From: Desulfobacteraceae bacterium
Lineage (GTDB): Bacteria > Desulfobacterota > Desulfobacteria > Desulfobacterales > UBA11574
Assembly: GCA_013203195.1 (NCBI GenBank)
Contig: JABMQM010000339.1
Span: forward strand, 1 to 27,049
Direction of reading: 5' to 3'
Length of the DNA stretch: 27,049 bases
Positions 1-8,205 of the stretch are shown here, piece by piece. The notes below the pieces were generated by a model. That model was not told the DNA's origin, searched no databases, and saw nothing but the letters and a program-made list of their open reading frames with translations. A program made the translations under genes and the position numbers. Numbering within the stretch: position 1 is the stretch's first letter; each line of letters opens with the position of its first letter.

Positions 1-71
1 CCCATAGTGATCATTTTGGATTCGTGGATGGACACTACCTAAAGAATTGTAGCTTTATATTTTTCGACCTC

Positions 72-125
72 TCACCGAAAAATATTATGAGTAAACCTTT
101 GCGTTCTTCGCGCCCCTGCGGTGAA
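72..125. repeat. REP-like interspersed repeat remnant (CTTTGCGTT-CTTCGCGCC-CCTGCGGTGAA arm with truncated partner TCACCG)
   Basis: 97-125 shows about 9-nt periodicity ending in GCGGTGAA. TCACCG (72-77) is the reverse complement of CGGTGA (119-124). It resembles the CTCTGCG...GCGGTGAA intergenic repeat type (recalled, not database-checked). Confidence 0.5.
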
Positions 126-259
126 CTTTTAAAAAATATCATTTAAACCGGCAAAATTCCCCCATGAAATCGTCACAAAATTAACTCCTCCTGATAAGCT
201 CTGCCATCCAACAATTTTATCTCACTGAAATAATTATCAAAATAAGGATAGACGGGGGA

Positions 260-275
260 TGGCATGTTTATTGCA
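260..275 (+). promoter_or_regulatory. sigma-54 (RpoN) -24/-12 promoter P1
   Basis: TGGCATGTTTATTGCA: GG(261-262)-N10-GC(273-274), one mismatch to TGGCAC-N5-TTGCW. It is intergenic and oriented toward module 1. Confidence 0.7.
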
Positions 276-312
276 AATTCAAGTAAAAGTTAAAGCTCAA
301 GGAATATCTTTC

Positions 313-405
313 ATTTGAATTCATCCCGACCTGCAAGACTTCGCGAGTTCCCCTCGGTATGAGTCCAGGGTCGAAGACAGTCGAGTCGCAACGGGGAATT
401 CAAAT
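313..405 (+). other. Candidate structured RNA / leader hairpin (about 93 nt)
   Basis: ATTTGAATTC(313-322)/GAATTCAAAT(396-405), CCCG(325-328)/CGGG(392-395), TGC(332-334)/GCA(388-390), GACT(337-340)/AGTC(384-387) and CCCT(351-354)/AGGG(367-370) form one nested bulged stem. No known RNA family was recognised. Confidence 0.35.
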
Positions 406-492
406 TTAAAGATCCATTGCGTCCAGGCCGTATTGCAATAAAAAACTAAACAATACAATATGTTGTCTTGTTGGAAGGGATGTAATCCAAGG

Positions 493-580
493 GGGCGGAG
501 TCTGCCCGAAAGGAGGTTTAAGGAGCGGCCGCAGGCCTTGAGGAGCGCTTCGCTTGAGGATCGGCCTCTGGCCTTGAGGG
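493..580. repeat. Array of four triloop mini-hairpins joined by AGGA / TTGAGG linkers
   Basis: GGGCGG-AGT-CTGCCC (493-507), GGCC-GCA-GGCC (527-537), AGCG-CTT-CGCT (544-554) and GGCC-TCT-GGCC (563-573). TTGAGG occurs three times. Confidence 0.6.
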
Positions 581-810
581 TTAGTAGATAGCCGAAGATA
601 AATAAACTTAAAGAAAAAAGAAAATGGGTCTATCCGGGATCAAAATAGAACATGGTAATATTAGCAAATTGCAAAATGGTAGTTTATATTTTGACAGGGT
701 TGATGTTCTGGAAACCAGATAGCTGAAATTGTAAGGGCGGAAGTTTACAGCTTCTTTCAAAAATAACAGTTAAAACCTGTAGATATGTTCTATAGCTAAA
801 GAATGAATAA

Positions 811-2274
811 ATGAAAATCCTGCATGTCTTTTTCTATATGAAGACCGGTGGAGTGGAAAGAAGCATTACGCGTATGCTTCCCAGACTCCATAATCCGCCG
901 GATCTTGAAATGAGGTTAATTCTGGCTGTCGCCGGAGGAGAACTGCTCGATGAAATCGAATCTGACGTTCCCACCAAAGTGCTTCATGGCAAAGACATGT
1001 TCCGACAAATACATGAAGAGGCCTTAGAGTGTGATGTCGTCCATGTCCATACCATAAATGACATGAGGCTCCTGCTTGATGCGGTTGCCTGGGCACCGGT
1101 GCCGGTTATTGAAAACATCCGCACCCCGATTGAAAGTCAAGCGCCTCAACTGTCAGACTGTCTCGTTCCCATAGCCGACTATATCAGCGAATGGCAATCT
1201 ATTACGGCTCCGATCAAGGTTATTCCGGATGCACTACCGGTTACATCGTCTCCGCCGCTTGATAAGTTCAACAGTCAGACCCCGGTATATTTTTTGGAAG
1301 TAGCCCGGCCTGACAAGGAACGAACTTATAACCTGGATGATTTTTACCCGCTGTTCAACGAACCGGGATTGGTTCACATAGATATTGTGGGAAGTGATGG
1401 AGAGAACAAACCCGGGCTTACCTACCATGGCCTGCAGAAGGATACCAGGCCCTTTTTCCAAAAGGCACATTTTCATTTTAATGCCCCCGAGTTTGAGGCT
1501 TTCGGGCTCACCATACTCGAGGCATATCGAGATGGCGCCATTCCTATTGCACAGAATACCGGAGGCTTAAGAGACCTGGTAACAAATGAAAAAACAGGCT
1601 ATCTGTTTAAAGAGGGGATGAATTTTGCTGAGGTTAAGGCCATGCTGCGCAAAATCGTCCGAGAATATCTGAAAACCCCCGGAAAATTTGCGGAAATAGC
1701 AAGCCAAGGATACAATCAACTGAAGCAAAACTATTCCATCGAATCCTGTGTTCAATCTTATCGGGAATTATATAAAAACATCCAGCGCAAAAACAGACCC
1801 GTATGGGACCAGGGATGGTCGCCGGAATTTGGAGCATTCTACGATCTTTTCGGGCTCAAGCGACTTTCTCCGGAAATGGCGATTTCGTTGTCGTCTCAGC
1901 TGCGAGACCCACAAGAAAGGGCTATGGCATTTTTGCGCAGCGCCCAGTTGTTTCTCCCGGCCTCTCCCCAAAAGGCCAGTGAATGCTTGGGACAGATTAC
2001 AGAAGAGCCGCTCGATACCTACGACTTCTATTTTGCCAGGCATGAAACAGATTATCTGCTTGGCAACTTAAACAGCGCAGAAGCGAATTTATGCCGGTGC
2101 ATTGAAAAGGCGCCTGAACGCATGGAGCCTTATATAACGCTTGCTGACTTTCTCCTGCAAAGACGGGATGTTAAAAAGGCGCTTGACGTGCTGATTTCAT
2201 TTCAAAAACAAAATGGTCCCTCACAGGTCATTGATTCCTTCATACAAAAAATCGATACAAATGCATTCCAATAA
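811..2274 (+). CDS. GT4-family (GT-B) glycosyltransferase with C-terminal TPR-like region
   Basis: N-terminal MKILHV...GGVERS motif; EAFGLTILEA (E-x7-E) and GGLRDLVTNEKTGYLF donor-binding motifs; C-terminal helical TPR-like repeats (AEANLCRCIEKAPERMEPYITLADF). Confidence 0.85.
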   Translation: MKILHVFFYMKTGGVERSITRMLPRLHNPPDLEMRLILAVAGGELLDEIESDVPTKVLHGKDMFRQIHEEALECDVVHVHTINDMRLLLDAVAWAPVPVIENIRTPIESQAPQLSDCLVPIADYISEWQSITAPIKVIPDALPVTSSPPLDKFNSQTPVYFLEVARPDKERTYNLDDFYPLFNEPGLVHIDIVGSDGENKPGLTYHGLQKDTRPFFQKAHFHFNAPEFEAFGLTILEAYRDGAIPIAQNTGGLRDLVTNEKTGYLFKEGMNFAEVKAMLRKIVREYLKTPGKFAEIASQGYNQLKQNYSIESCVQSYRELYKNIQRKNRPVWDQGWSPEFGAFYDLFGLKRLSPEMAISLSSQLRDPQERAMAFLRSAQLFLPASPQKASECLGQITEEPLDTYDFYFARHETDYLLGNLNSAEANLCRCIEKAPERMEPYITLADFLLQRRDVKKALDVLISFQKQNGPSQVIDSFIQKIDTNAFQ

Positions 2275-2293
2275 AATAGTAGATAACAGTACC

Positions 2294-3820
2294 ATGCTGG
2301 TTGTTCAAGTTGAGCCGCCGCAGCAGGAAGACGAGGGTGATTATTATTACAGAACCTATGCCCCCGGTCTGGCCATGGCACAAGAAGAGGGCGTCTATGT
2401 TATCAACTTGACGAATGTTCATCGCCATAAAGAAGATATCATGGGAAAGGCGGATGTCCTTATTCTAAAAAACATCTGTGATGCCGACATCCTGCCTCTG
2501 ATCAAAGAGAGGAAACAGCAAAAAAGACTGACGGTCTACGAGTTGGCCGATGACATATGTGCGGTGCCCCCATGGAATCCGACCCATTTTTTTTACAAAG
2601 ACCAGGAAAACCTTCTGCTTTTCAAAAGGTTGGCCGGCTACTGCGATGCCATGCAGTTCAGTGTACCGGAACTTCAAAGGCTGTACAGTTACCTGACTCC
2701 TTGTTCAGCTGTCTTTTTAAACCAAATTACAAACGTACCTTCTGAGAGAAATTATGAACATTCCAAGGATATTATCGTCGGCTGGGGCGGTTCTCACGGT
2801 CATCTGGAGGATATGGCCCAGATTGCCGAGCCCCTGATTGATTGGATCATATCAAGGGATAAAGTAAAACTTTCCCTAATGTGCTCGGATCCAATCTGGT
2901 CACTCTTTGAGAGGCTGCCGGAGATGCGCAAGCAAAGGTTCAAAACCGGTTCCTTGAGTGAATACTATGCGTTTCTCAAGCAAATTGACATCGGTCTGGC
3001 ACCTTTAAATAATACGGGATTCAACAGGTCCAGATCGGACGTAAAATTTTTGGAATATGCAATTTCCAGCGTAGCTCCGGTGCTTCAGGCACAAGTGCCG
3101 TATGCGGAAACCGTTAAGCATGGCGAGACGGGCTTTTTATTTGAAGATACAGCCGGGATGCTCAATATTCTTGATATGCTTGCAGATGATGTTGCTTATA
3201 TTCCCCAGGTGGCCCGGGCTGCACGCGAATACGTTATCAAAGAGCGCCTGCAGCAGGTGCACAGCCAAGAAAGAACAGCGTTTTACCGGACGCAGTTGCG
3301 CATGCTCAACAACTATAATGGAGAAAAAGCTGATGCCGGCAGCATTTTTGAAGCGTTTGCCGACATTGAAGGTGCGATACGCGACGGCCGGTATTTGAGG
3401 TTAACGTCTACCCGGTTTGAGAACCTGTTGCATGATGGACTGGTTTTGAGCCAGGTGGAAGGGGAAAAAGTATTGGCATGGTCAGCTTTTTCAGAAGCAT
3501 CCCGAGCAGAGCCTGATAATTATCTGCCCTACTTATTTGGAGCTTCTTGTTCGAAAGATACAGCCGGCTGTCTGGATCAGGCTGTCGAAATAAATCCGCA
3601 TTCTTTGAAATCATGGATTCTAATGGGCGAGGAGTATGCGCGCCAAGGGGATATTGTGAAATCGATTCAGTGTTTTGAATCGGCCGCAGAGATTTTTCCT
3701 GATTATGAAATCCCCTATATGAGAACTGCTGCACTTTTGCAGAAATTGGGGCATAAAGAGGAATCGATGTCCCTCTTTGACAAGTGTAAAGCACTGACCC
3801 TGCCTCTGCAGGGGCCATAA
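2294..3820 (+). CDS. GT-B (GT4-like) glycosyltransferase with C-terminal TPR repeats
   Basis: IIVGWGGSHGH and DIGLAPLNNTGFNRSRSDVKFLEYA motifs, VKHGETGFLF, and a TPR tail (AVEINPHSLKSWILMGEEY...FESAAEIFPDY). Start moved from 2213 to the in-frame ATG at 2294 to avoid overlap with the upstream gene. Confidence 0.8.
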   Translation: MLVVQVEPPQQEDEGDYYYRTYAPGLAMAQEEGVYVINLTNVHRHKEDIMGKADVLILKNICDADILPLIKERKQQKRLTVYELADDICAVPPWNPTHFFYKDQENLLLFKRLAGYCDAMQFSVPELQRLYSYLTPCSAVFLNQITNVPSERNYEHSKDIIVGWGGSHGHLEDMAQIAEPLIDWIISRDKVKLSLMCSDPIWSLFERLPEMRKQRFKTGSLSEYYAFLKQIDIGLAPLNNTGFNRSRSDVKFLEYAISSVAPVLQAQVPYAETVKHGETGFLFEDTAGMLNILDMLADDVAYIPQVARAAREYVIKERLQQVHSQERTAFYRTQLRMLNNYNGEKADAGSIFEAFADIEGAIRDGRYLRLTSTRFENLLHDGLVLSQVEGEKVLAWSAFSEASRAEPDNYLPYLFGASCSKDTAGCLDQAVEINPHSLKSWILMGEEYARQGDIVKSIQCFESAAEIFPDYEIPYMRTAALLQKLGHKEESMSLFDKCKALTLPLQGP

Positions 3821-3886
3821 CCGTTCACGGGTTCAGGGGTTTCCGCCTTCGCCGGGCTACGGCGGGACAAGCAGGGTTCAAAGGTT
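3821..3886. repeat. Heptamer tandem array interrupted by a REP-like hairpin element
   Basis: CCGTTCA/CGGGTTC/AGGGGTT, then CCGCCTTCGCCGGGCTACGGCGGGACAAGC (3843-3872, CCGCC/GGCGG stem), then AGGGTTC/AAAGGTT. Confidence 0.6.
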
Positions 3887-3915
3887 TACCCGCCTATATT
3901 TATAAACAGTCATTG

Positions 3916-5628
3916 ATGGAGAAAACATTGAAAACAACTGAATCTCGCTATCAGCAGACATTGCCGGAAGAATTTTCAATGGTCACCTTAGAGAAAAATC
4001 TGGCGGTCATAGGGCACACTAACGAGAGTTTTTTTCAGCGTATATGCCTGCCGGTTGATGGGTCCCGTGTCCATTTTATCAAAAACGGCGAAATTCGCTA
4101 TCAGATTAACCAAACCCTTTTCCCTTTTGTCATGCACAAAGAAGAGCTGGAGGGGACATTGAACGATGTAAAGGGTTCGGAAAATATTCTGCTTTTCGGT
4201 ATTGGGCTGGGAGAGCAGCTTGATGATCTGCTGAAACGATTCAAAAAGGCTAAAATCACAGCATGGGATCGAGACCCCTGGCTCATCCGCCTGGCGCTGA
4301 TGAAGGCAGACTTTAGTTCATATATCAGCACCGGCAGATTGCAGCTTCATATGGGTGCTGATATTTTGGATATCCTTGATACGGCCAAAACTGCTTCAAT
4401 TGTGTGTCATCCTCTTTTGTGTTCAGTGTACAAAAATGAATGGAAATTGCTCCAAAACGGCACTGCTGCCAAGCGGGCCATGATCTGCTCCGGGGGGCTT
4501 TTTGTGGACGATGTGAGTAAGGCTTTGGAGGGATTTGGTTATACACTCTACACGTTAGATATAAAAGGGTTGTCCGTTGAAGAAATATCGCTGGCTATCA
4601 AGCGCTTCAAACCTCTGGTGGCTTTTGCCGTCAACTATAAAAACGGCCTGGCGGAGCTGTTCGAAAGTCACGGTGTGGACCTGATTTGCTGGGAGGTGGA
4701 TCCGGCAACAGACCAACCCGAGCCGATCAGCACGGGCTCGGAGCGTGCCTATATCTTTACTTATCGCAAGGCCAATGTTGAGGACTTTGTCAAAGCCGGG
4801 TTTAATAATGTGGAACACCTTCCCCTGGCCTCTGATATTGAAAAAAGATCGCCGACACAACTTTTGCCGGAAGAGCACGACATCTATGACACACCCTTAT
4901 CTTTTGTGGGATCGAGTATGCTGGGCAATGCGACGTCCTTCCGCAACATCTTTCTTTCACAGTACAGATCTTATCGGGGTGGCTCTGAGGATGCGCTCAA
5001 AGAAGGAGAACAGCGTTTAGAAGAGGTGCTATCCATGCAGAGGCAGGATTTTTCTGTTTATGTGATCCCGGATCTTTTAGCTAAACAGTTTTCCGGTTTC
5101 GTCAGCCACCTTTTGGAGCTTCCCGGTGCCCATGATCCTTTCATTTTGGTGGGTGAGATTGCGGCCGCGGAAAAGCGCATCAATTACATAGCGAATCTGG
5201 GCAGCCTGGGCGTGAAGATTTGGGGTGATGACGGGTGGCGCAGTGCTGAACGATATGGGGTTAAGTATATGGGTAGTGCCGGCCACACGTTTGAGATCAA
5301 CAAGATTTACGGTGCATCCAACATTAACGTGGATATCAACAGGTTGTTTCAGATGGATATTATCCCGATGCGGATCTTTGATATTATGGCCTGCGGCGGT
5401 TTTGTTCTGGCGGAATACAGCCGGGAACTGGCCGGCCTCTTTGAAATAGGCAGGGAGATCGAAACATATCGCACCTTCGATGAGCTGGCCTCAAAGGCGG
5501 CCTACTATCTGGATCACGAATCCGAAGCATTGAAAATCGTTGAGCGGGGCATGGATGCAGTGCGCAAGAACCACAGGATTTCGTCCAGGGTCGAGCATAT
5601 GCTAAAGGCCTGCGCCCAAAAAACATAA
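3916..5628 (+). CDS. CgeB-like glycosyltransferase (Glyco_trans_1_2-type C-terminus) with a Maf-like N-terminal domain
   Basis: C-terminal LSFVGS, KIYGASNINVDI, MRIFDIMACGGFVLAEY, LFEIGREIETYR and LASKAAYYLDHESE are typical CgeB-family motifs. The N-terminal LLFGIGLGE...AWDRDPWLIRLAL resembles the N-terminus of the Maf protein at 23687. Confidence 0.8.
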   Translation: MEKTLKTTESRYQQTLPEEFSMVTLEKNLAVIGHTNESFFQRICLPVDGSRVHFIKNGEIRYQINQTLFPFVMHKEELEGTLNDVKGSENILLFGIGLGEQLDDLLKRFKKAKITAWDRDPWLIRLALMKADFSSYISTGRLQLHMGADILDILDTAKTASIVCHPLLCSVYKNEWKLLQNGTAAKRAMICSGGLFVDDVSKALEGFGYTLYTLDIKGLSVEEISLAIKRFKPLVAFAVNYKNGLAELFESHGVDLICWEVDPATDQPEPISTGSERAYIFTYRKANVEDFVKAGFNNVEHLPLASDIEKRSPTQLLPEEHDIYDTPLSFVGSSMLGNATSFRNIFLSQYRSYRGGSEDALKEGEQRLEEVLSMQRQDFSVYVIPDLLAKQFSGFVSHLLELPGAHDPFILVGEIAAAEKRINYIANLGSLGVKIWGDDGWRSAERYGVKYMGSAGHTFEINKIYGASNINVDINRLFQMDIIPMRIFDIMACGGFVLAEYSRELAGLFEIGREIETYRTFDELASKAAYYLDHESEALKIVERGMDAVRKNHRISSRVEHMLKACAQKT

Positions 5629-5692
5629 GCGTTCACGGTTTTCCGTTCACCGTTCACTGTGTACCATTCACCAACGGACAACGAACAACGGG
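5629..5692. repeat. Heptamer tandem array with inverted half (CCGTTCA-type x6, then CAACGGA-type x3)
   Basis: In-register 7-mers GCGTTCA, CGGTTTT, CCGTTCA, CCGTTCA, CTGTGTA, CCATTCA (5629-5670), then CAACGGA, CAACGAA, CAACGGG (5672-5692). CCGTT and AACGG are complementary. Confidence 0.7.
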
Positions 5693-5699
5693 CAAAGAT

Positions 5700-6881
5700 A
5701 TGGAATTATCGTTTCCAGGGTTAAGTTTTCTGACGTCATTGATCCCCCTTAAGTTTGATACAGACGGCTATACTACCTCTTTTCAGCCTGCTGCCGGCTC
5801 TGCTTCCGGTTTAGAATACATTCTGGTTTTGACCAACATACAAGTTAAGCTTTTTGGTTTAGGGTCCATTCAAGGGGTTTCGCTCTTTCACTCAATAACG
5901 TTACCGGAAAAGTTTAAGGCCCCTGAAATCTACGACGGTAGTCAAGATCTTAGCGGCAAGCGCGTATTAATCCTGATGTTCAACGGCTGGGGTGATATGA
6001 TCCTCATCCAGCCGGCTTTGCGTGCTTTTTACGAGAAGGCCAAATCCTCAGCAGCGCCGCCCAGAATCACCCTGGGCTGTAATTGGGTGCATAACTTTCC
6101 TTATCCGGGTGTGTTGTTTGTGCATGATGTACGGCCGAATATCATGACACTCAAAGAACTTCGCGAATTTGATTTGCTTATAAATCTAATTCCAGTGAAC
6201 CATCAAAGGTCTAAGCATAAATCCATGAAGGACCTGTGTCTTGAAATCATGAAACTCAATGGAAAAGACCAAGAGACTTTTCTGCCTTCAATTACTCCCG
6301 ATACTGCCAGGGTTGCAAGGTTCAAACCGGTGCTTGAGCAGATTAAAGAAGATTCAGGGAAAAAATTGCTTTGCGTAAACTGGAAATCGAGATTTTTGCA
6401 TAAAAACGCCCAACCCTCTTTATTCTTTGAAGTAGTAAAAGAACTCTCTAAAGAGTATCAGGCAGTGCTGTTCAAGGATGCTGAGCCGGCCAAAATAATG
6501 CAGCAAGAGATTGATGCGGACGATTGTCCGGTAATGAATCTTTCTTACCTTATCAATGATTACCATGACACCATTGCAGCGCTGTCATTGATGGACGCTT
6601 TCGTCTCGGTAGACACGGGAATCGTTCATGCCGCCGGTGCTCTGGGCGTACCGGGTGTGGCGCTATTCGGTCCGTTTCCTCCCGCAACTCACGTTTCAGA
6701 CTACCCTTCTGTTACCGGTTTTAGAGCCGAATATGAAGGAAAAGCTTGCAGTGGACCCTGCCTGGAAACGCATCGAGGCTGTGCGGAGGTCAATTATTCT
6801 CAAGATGCAGTGAGCCCCTGTTTTCAGGCCATAACCCCTGAAAATGTTGTCGGGGTTTTCGAAGGTCTCTTTGCGGTATGA
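5700..6881 (+). CDS. GT9-family (heptosyltransferase-like) glycosyltransferase
   Basis: LSGKRVLILMFNGWGDMILIQPALR and DAFVSVDTGIVHAAGALGVPGVALFGP are GT9 signatures; C-terminal Cys cluster. Confidence 0.8.
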   Translation: MELSFPGLSFLTSLIPLKFDTDGYTTSFQPAAGSASGLEYILVLTNIQVKLFGLGSIQGVSLFHSITLPEKFKAPEIYDGSQDLSGKRVLILMFNGWGDMILIQPALRAFYEKAKSSAAPPRITLGCNWVHNFPYPGVLFVHDVRPNIMTLKELREFDLLINLIPVNHQRSKHKSMKDLCLEIMKLNGKDQETFLPSITPDTARVARFKPVLEQIKEDSGKKLLCVNWKSRFLHKNAQPSLFFEVVKELSKEYQAVLFKDAEPAKIMQQEIDADDCPVMNLSYLINDYHDTIAALSLMDAFVSVDTGIVHAAGALGVPGVALFGPFPPATHVSDYPSVTGFRAEYEGKACSGPCLETHRGCAEVNYSQDAVSPCFQAITPENVVGVFEGLFAV

Positions 6882-6884
6882 AAA

Positions 6885-7964
6885 ATGGATTCTAATGCAC
6901 CAAAAATAAGTGTGATTGTGCCGACTTATAACAGAGCGGCTATGCTGAGCGGATGCATTGACGCCGTCCTGTCTCAAACTATGCAGGATTTTGAGATTAT
7001 CATAGTCAGCGACGGCTCTGCTGATGCAACCAAAGAAGTAGTTTTGGGATATAATGACCCGCGCATATTATTCTTTGAGAAAGAGAACGGCGGGCAAGCC
7101 TCAGCCCGTAATTTAGGTATACGCAAATCCAGCGGGAAATACATATCCCTGTGTGACGATGATGATCGCTTTTATCCGCATCATTTATCAACACTGACCA
7201 AATTATTGGATGATAATAGCGGTGTGGGTATGGTTTATTCCGATGCAATATGGGTCTATGACAACGGATCAAGAAAGCCGGAAGTCAAATTTTCGGAAGA
7301 TTTCGACAAAAAAGCTCTGGAAAACTTCAATTATATCACTACGCAAACGGTCCTGTTTAGAAGATCGTGTTTAAAAAATACGGACCTCTTTAATGAAGAC
7401 CCACATCTAAGAAATGGCCTGGAAGATTGGGAGTTTTTTCTGCGGCTTTCCGACAACTATGCTTTCTCGCATATCAAGAAGGTATCAGCCGAATACGTTG
7501 TCCATGAAGAGAATTCTTTTCACCCCGGCTCCGGTTATGATTACAGCCGGGCCTTCTTGCATGTGCGGACACAGAGATTTGAATATCTTACAGCGGAATT
7601 CGGCCCTTTTCTTTTCGACCATGTTGATCACATGTACCCATATAATCTGGTTCAATGTTATCTGGACAGCGGAAAAATAAAAGAGAGTCGCGAAATAGCC
7701 GATAAGCTCCACCGGCTTTATATGAAATACAGCAAAAACAACAATCAAGCACCAATTACAGAGCTGGTGATCCTTTTTTCTTTAGGTATAAGCCATTTTG
7801 CCGCAGGTTATGAAACAGAAGCCGGCAACTTTTTCAGAATTATCGTTGACCATCCCTCCTACACATTAATTAAAGAACAATTTGACGGGTTTGCCAACCA
7901 GTACGCAAACAGAATCCCCAATATGGGCCTTAAAACCCTGCTGGGCAATTGCTTTATCGCCTAA
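6885..7964 (+). CDS. GT2-family glycosyltransferase
   Basis: ISVIVPTYNRA, IIIVSDGSAD, GQASARNLGI, YISLCDDDD (DxD) and EDWEFFLRL motifs; helical C-terminus. Confidence 0.9.
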   Translation: MDSNAPKISVIVPTYNRAAMLSGCIDAVLSQTMQDFEIIIVSDGSADATKEVVLGYNDPRILFFEKENGGQASARNLGIRKSSGKYISLCDDDDRFYPHHLSTLTKLLDDNSGVGMVYSDAIWVYDNGSRKPEVKFSEDFDKKALENFNYITTQTVLFRRSCLKNTDLFNEDPHLRNGLEDWEFFLRLSDNYAFSHIKKVSAEYVVHEENSFHPGSGYDYSRAFLHVRTQRFEYLTAEFGPFLFDHVDHMYPYNLVQCYLDSGKIKESREIADKLHRLYMKYSKNNNQAPITELVILFSLGISHFAAGYETEAGNFFRIIVDHPSYTLIKEQFDGFANQYANRIPNMGLKTLLGNCFIA

Positions 7965-8103
7965 CGCCGGGATTGGGCAAAAGGGGGTGTTTTTCGAAGG
8001 TCTCCAGGTGTACTAGGCAGCTTCTTCCCTTCAGCAACGGGTATCTGGAATGTTGATTAACATAACCATCCGTTATTCTGTTAAAAAAATACTTCAATGA
8101 GCT

Positions 8104-8119
8104 TGGCACATCTTTTGCA
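8104..8119 (+). promoter_or_regulatory. sigma-54 promoter P2
   Basis: TGGCACATCTTTTGCA is a perfect TGGCAC-N5-TTGCA match, 86 nt upstream of the pseB start. Confidence 0.85.
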
Positions 8120-8205
8120 AATCATTAAAGTTGATTTGAAAGTTGAATTAAACTTTTTAACCCTTTCACACGATATGCTTTAAAAGGACTGCTAAGGAGA
8201 CTTAG

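Noticed and set aside
129-192. Minus-strand AGGAGGAG followed by a GTG 15-codon ORF (176-129, MTISWGNFAGLNDIF)
   Set aside because: Good RBS spacing, but too short, with no homology cue and no clear promoter. The inverted TGCCATCC at 203-210 lacks a -12 GC.
361-385. CAGG-GTC-GAA-GAC-AG resembling SRP RNA helix 8
   Set aside because: Triloop instead of a GNRA tetraloop and no AGCA motif; the motif is not apical in the predicted stem.
405-440. Minus-strand GGACGCAA resembling a c-di-GMP-I riboswitch core
   Set aside because: It lacks the GNRA-capped hairpin and downstream P2/receptor elements.
624-722. 32-codon ORF (MGLSGIKIEHG...) in the P1 leader
   Set aside because: No Shine-Dalgarno sequence or recognisable motif; it would need Ribo-seq.
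5629-5692. CRISPR array interpretation of the short repeats
   Set aside because: Units are 7 nt and contiguous, with no spacers and no cas genes.
7678-7705. TAAA-N16-GCCGATAA sigma-28-like site
   Set aside because: It lies inside the GT2 CDS, the spacing is off by one, and it is about 500 nt from pseB, which has its own perfect RpoN promoter.
7965-8103. Enhancer (UAS)/IHF sites and terminators, e.g. ATGTT-GATT-AACAT at 8050-8063
   Set aside because: No convincing IHF consensus, no shared upstream dyad across the three promoters, and no hairpin plus U-tract was found by eye.
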